A stretch of DNA of 64,000 bases from Chrysomallon squamiferum (Eukaryota; Animalia; Mollusca): contig CM022675.1 in the NCBI GenBank assembly GCA_012295275.1, positions 11,346,001-11,410,000 on the forward strand. Reading direction: 5' to 3'. This document shows, piece after piece, positions 62,482 through 64,000 of the stretch. The position numbers and the translations under genes were made by a program. The notes under the pieces were generated by a model. That model was not told where the DNA came from. It saw nothing but the letters and a program-made list of their open reading frames with translations, and did no database searches. Numbering within the stretch: position 1 is the first letter of the stretch; the number at the start of each line of letters is the position of its first letter.

Positions 62482-62517
<36 letters not shown>

Positions 62518-63183
62518 GAGAGAGAAGACATATGGAGAGAGGGACGGTTAAAGTGAAAAAGAAAACAAAAAAAAAAAAAAAAAGAAAAGAAAGAAAGAAA
62601 GAAGAAAATAAAATTAAAAACAGTCATTGTGTAAAAAAAACAATTTCTGGCTGATGAAATCCATTTTAAATAAATGAGCCAGTGGTGTCCTGAATGTAGA
62701 AATTCCATGTAAAAAGTCCATATTCAGCTAAGCATTATTGCTTGAAGAAGATTTTGTGCTATTATTCTTGCATTTTGGCAATATTCCTATGCTACTGATC
62801 AAAGGATAAATGAATTAATAATTTAAGAACGAAAAAAAGGTAATAATATAAATGCAAACAAAGATATATTTCAGATAGAGTGTGCTATTAAATGTGTATG
62901 TGTATGTATGTATATATGTATGTATGTATAAATTTATTTATGTATGTGTGAGTGTATTTAATATATATATATATATATGTATTTATTTTTCATTTGTGTT
63001 AATTATGTACTTACACATATATAAGTACATAATTAACACAAATGAAAAATAAATACAGAAAACAAATACATATATATATATTATATTAAATTAACATAAA
63101 GCAGTATAATTAAGAAAGAAAAAATGGTAAACCCTTCAAATCAAAGAACATCATGTTTACACACATATAATTAAACATAATTA

Positions 63184-63214
<31 letters not shown>

Positions 63215-63805
63215 CTGAAAATGAGTCAAACTGTTACTGTATATATATATGTCTGCAGATAAATAGTAGTGTTGAAAAGACAGGTATATAGGTAGATAGA
63301 TATACCCCCATGTAAGCAGATTATACTGTGAGAGTTTGTGCTTGCATTGCGATCATTCTCACAGTCTCCATCATCACCAAACTTTTTATTTGATTTATAT
63401 TTTCACATCGCGTTACCCTATTCCGAATAAATGCAACGGGATATTCACAATTTAATACATGGAGCTGAATTTCATATAAATTATTTTAAATTAAAAGAAA
63501 ACAAACGCTTCGCGTCAAGCGGCTTGCGTTTAAGCTTCAAACCAGGAACGAATCGAAAGCTGACATATGTTCCTGGTTGCACATTATCGAAATCTCGTAA
63601 TTAATTAATTAATTAAACAGCCTCCTCGAGAGTTCAACAGCGTCTCTTTTCCTGGAAAAAAAAATTGTCGCTCGCTTTTCGATTAAATAACGTTATAATC
63701 CAGTAATATTTCGATAAATGCACAAATAAAATATAATAATTAATACCCAGTGTCGTTTCTAGGTTCACGATAACCTTATCGTTGTGTTGGGTTATTTACT
63801 GGCGA

Positions 63806-63838
<33 letters not shown>

Positions 63839-64000
63839 CAATTCATTATTTGCATAGAATTAATAACTGAAAAGATCAGATTACCACAGGGCGTTAAATT
63901 CCTTCATTTGAAACGAAATGGAGGAGAGAGAGAAAAAAAAAAAAAATAAAAAAAAAAGAATTAGCCACCCTACTTGACAGCATTATTAAATTATAATGAA

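Overview
AT-rich animal genomic DNA saturated with microsatellites. It is lophotrochozoan, and most consistent with a coleoid cephalopod or other mollusc (inferred from the gene and repeat landscape). I can support one gene, the posterior Hox gene Post2 (Abd-B class), on the minus strand. Its N-terminal coding exon (36411-35931) splices in frame across a ~30.5 kb intron to a homeobox exon (5390-5176) that the ORF track misses, giving a predicted 231 aa protein. A probable 5' leader exon ending at 37575 and a CpG-rich promoter (~37670-37900) lie upstream. Almost all other ORFs in the track are translations of simple repeats. The best leads are: (i) a phased array of CRE palindromes (TGACGTCA, 22-25 bp period) just 3' of the homeobox exon; (ii) a very short C-terminal tail with a protein-like continuation in a shifted frame; (iii) upstream ORFs overlapping the start codon; (iv) CpG-rich, motif-bearing islands that look like cis-regulatory modules. 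I found no prokaryotic-type system, CRISPR array or intact transposon. No clearly novel system is demonstrable from sequence alone.
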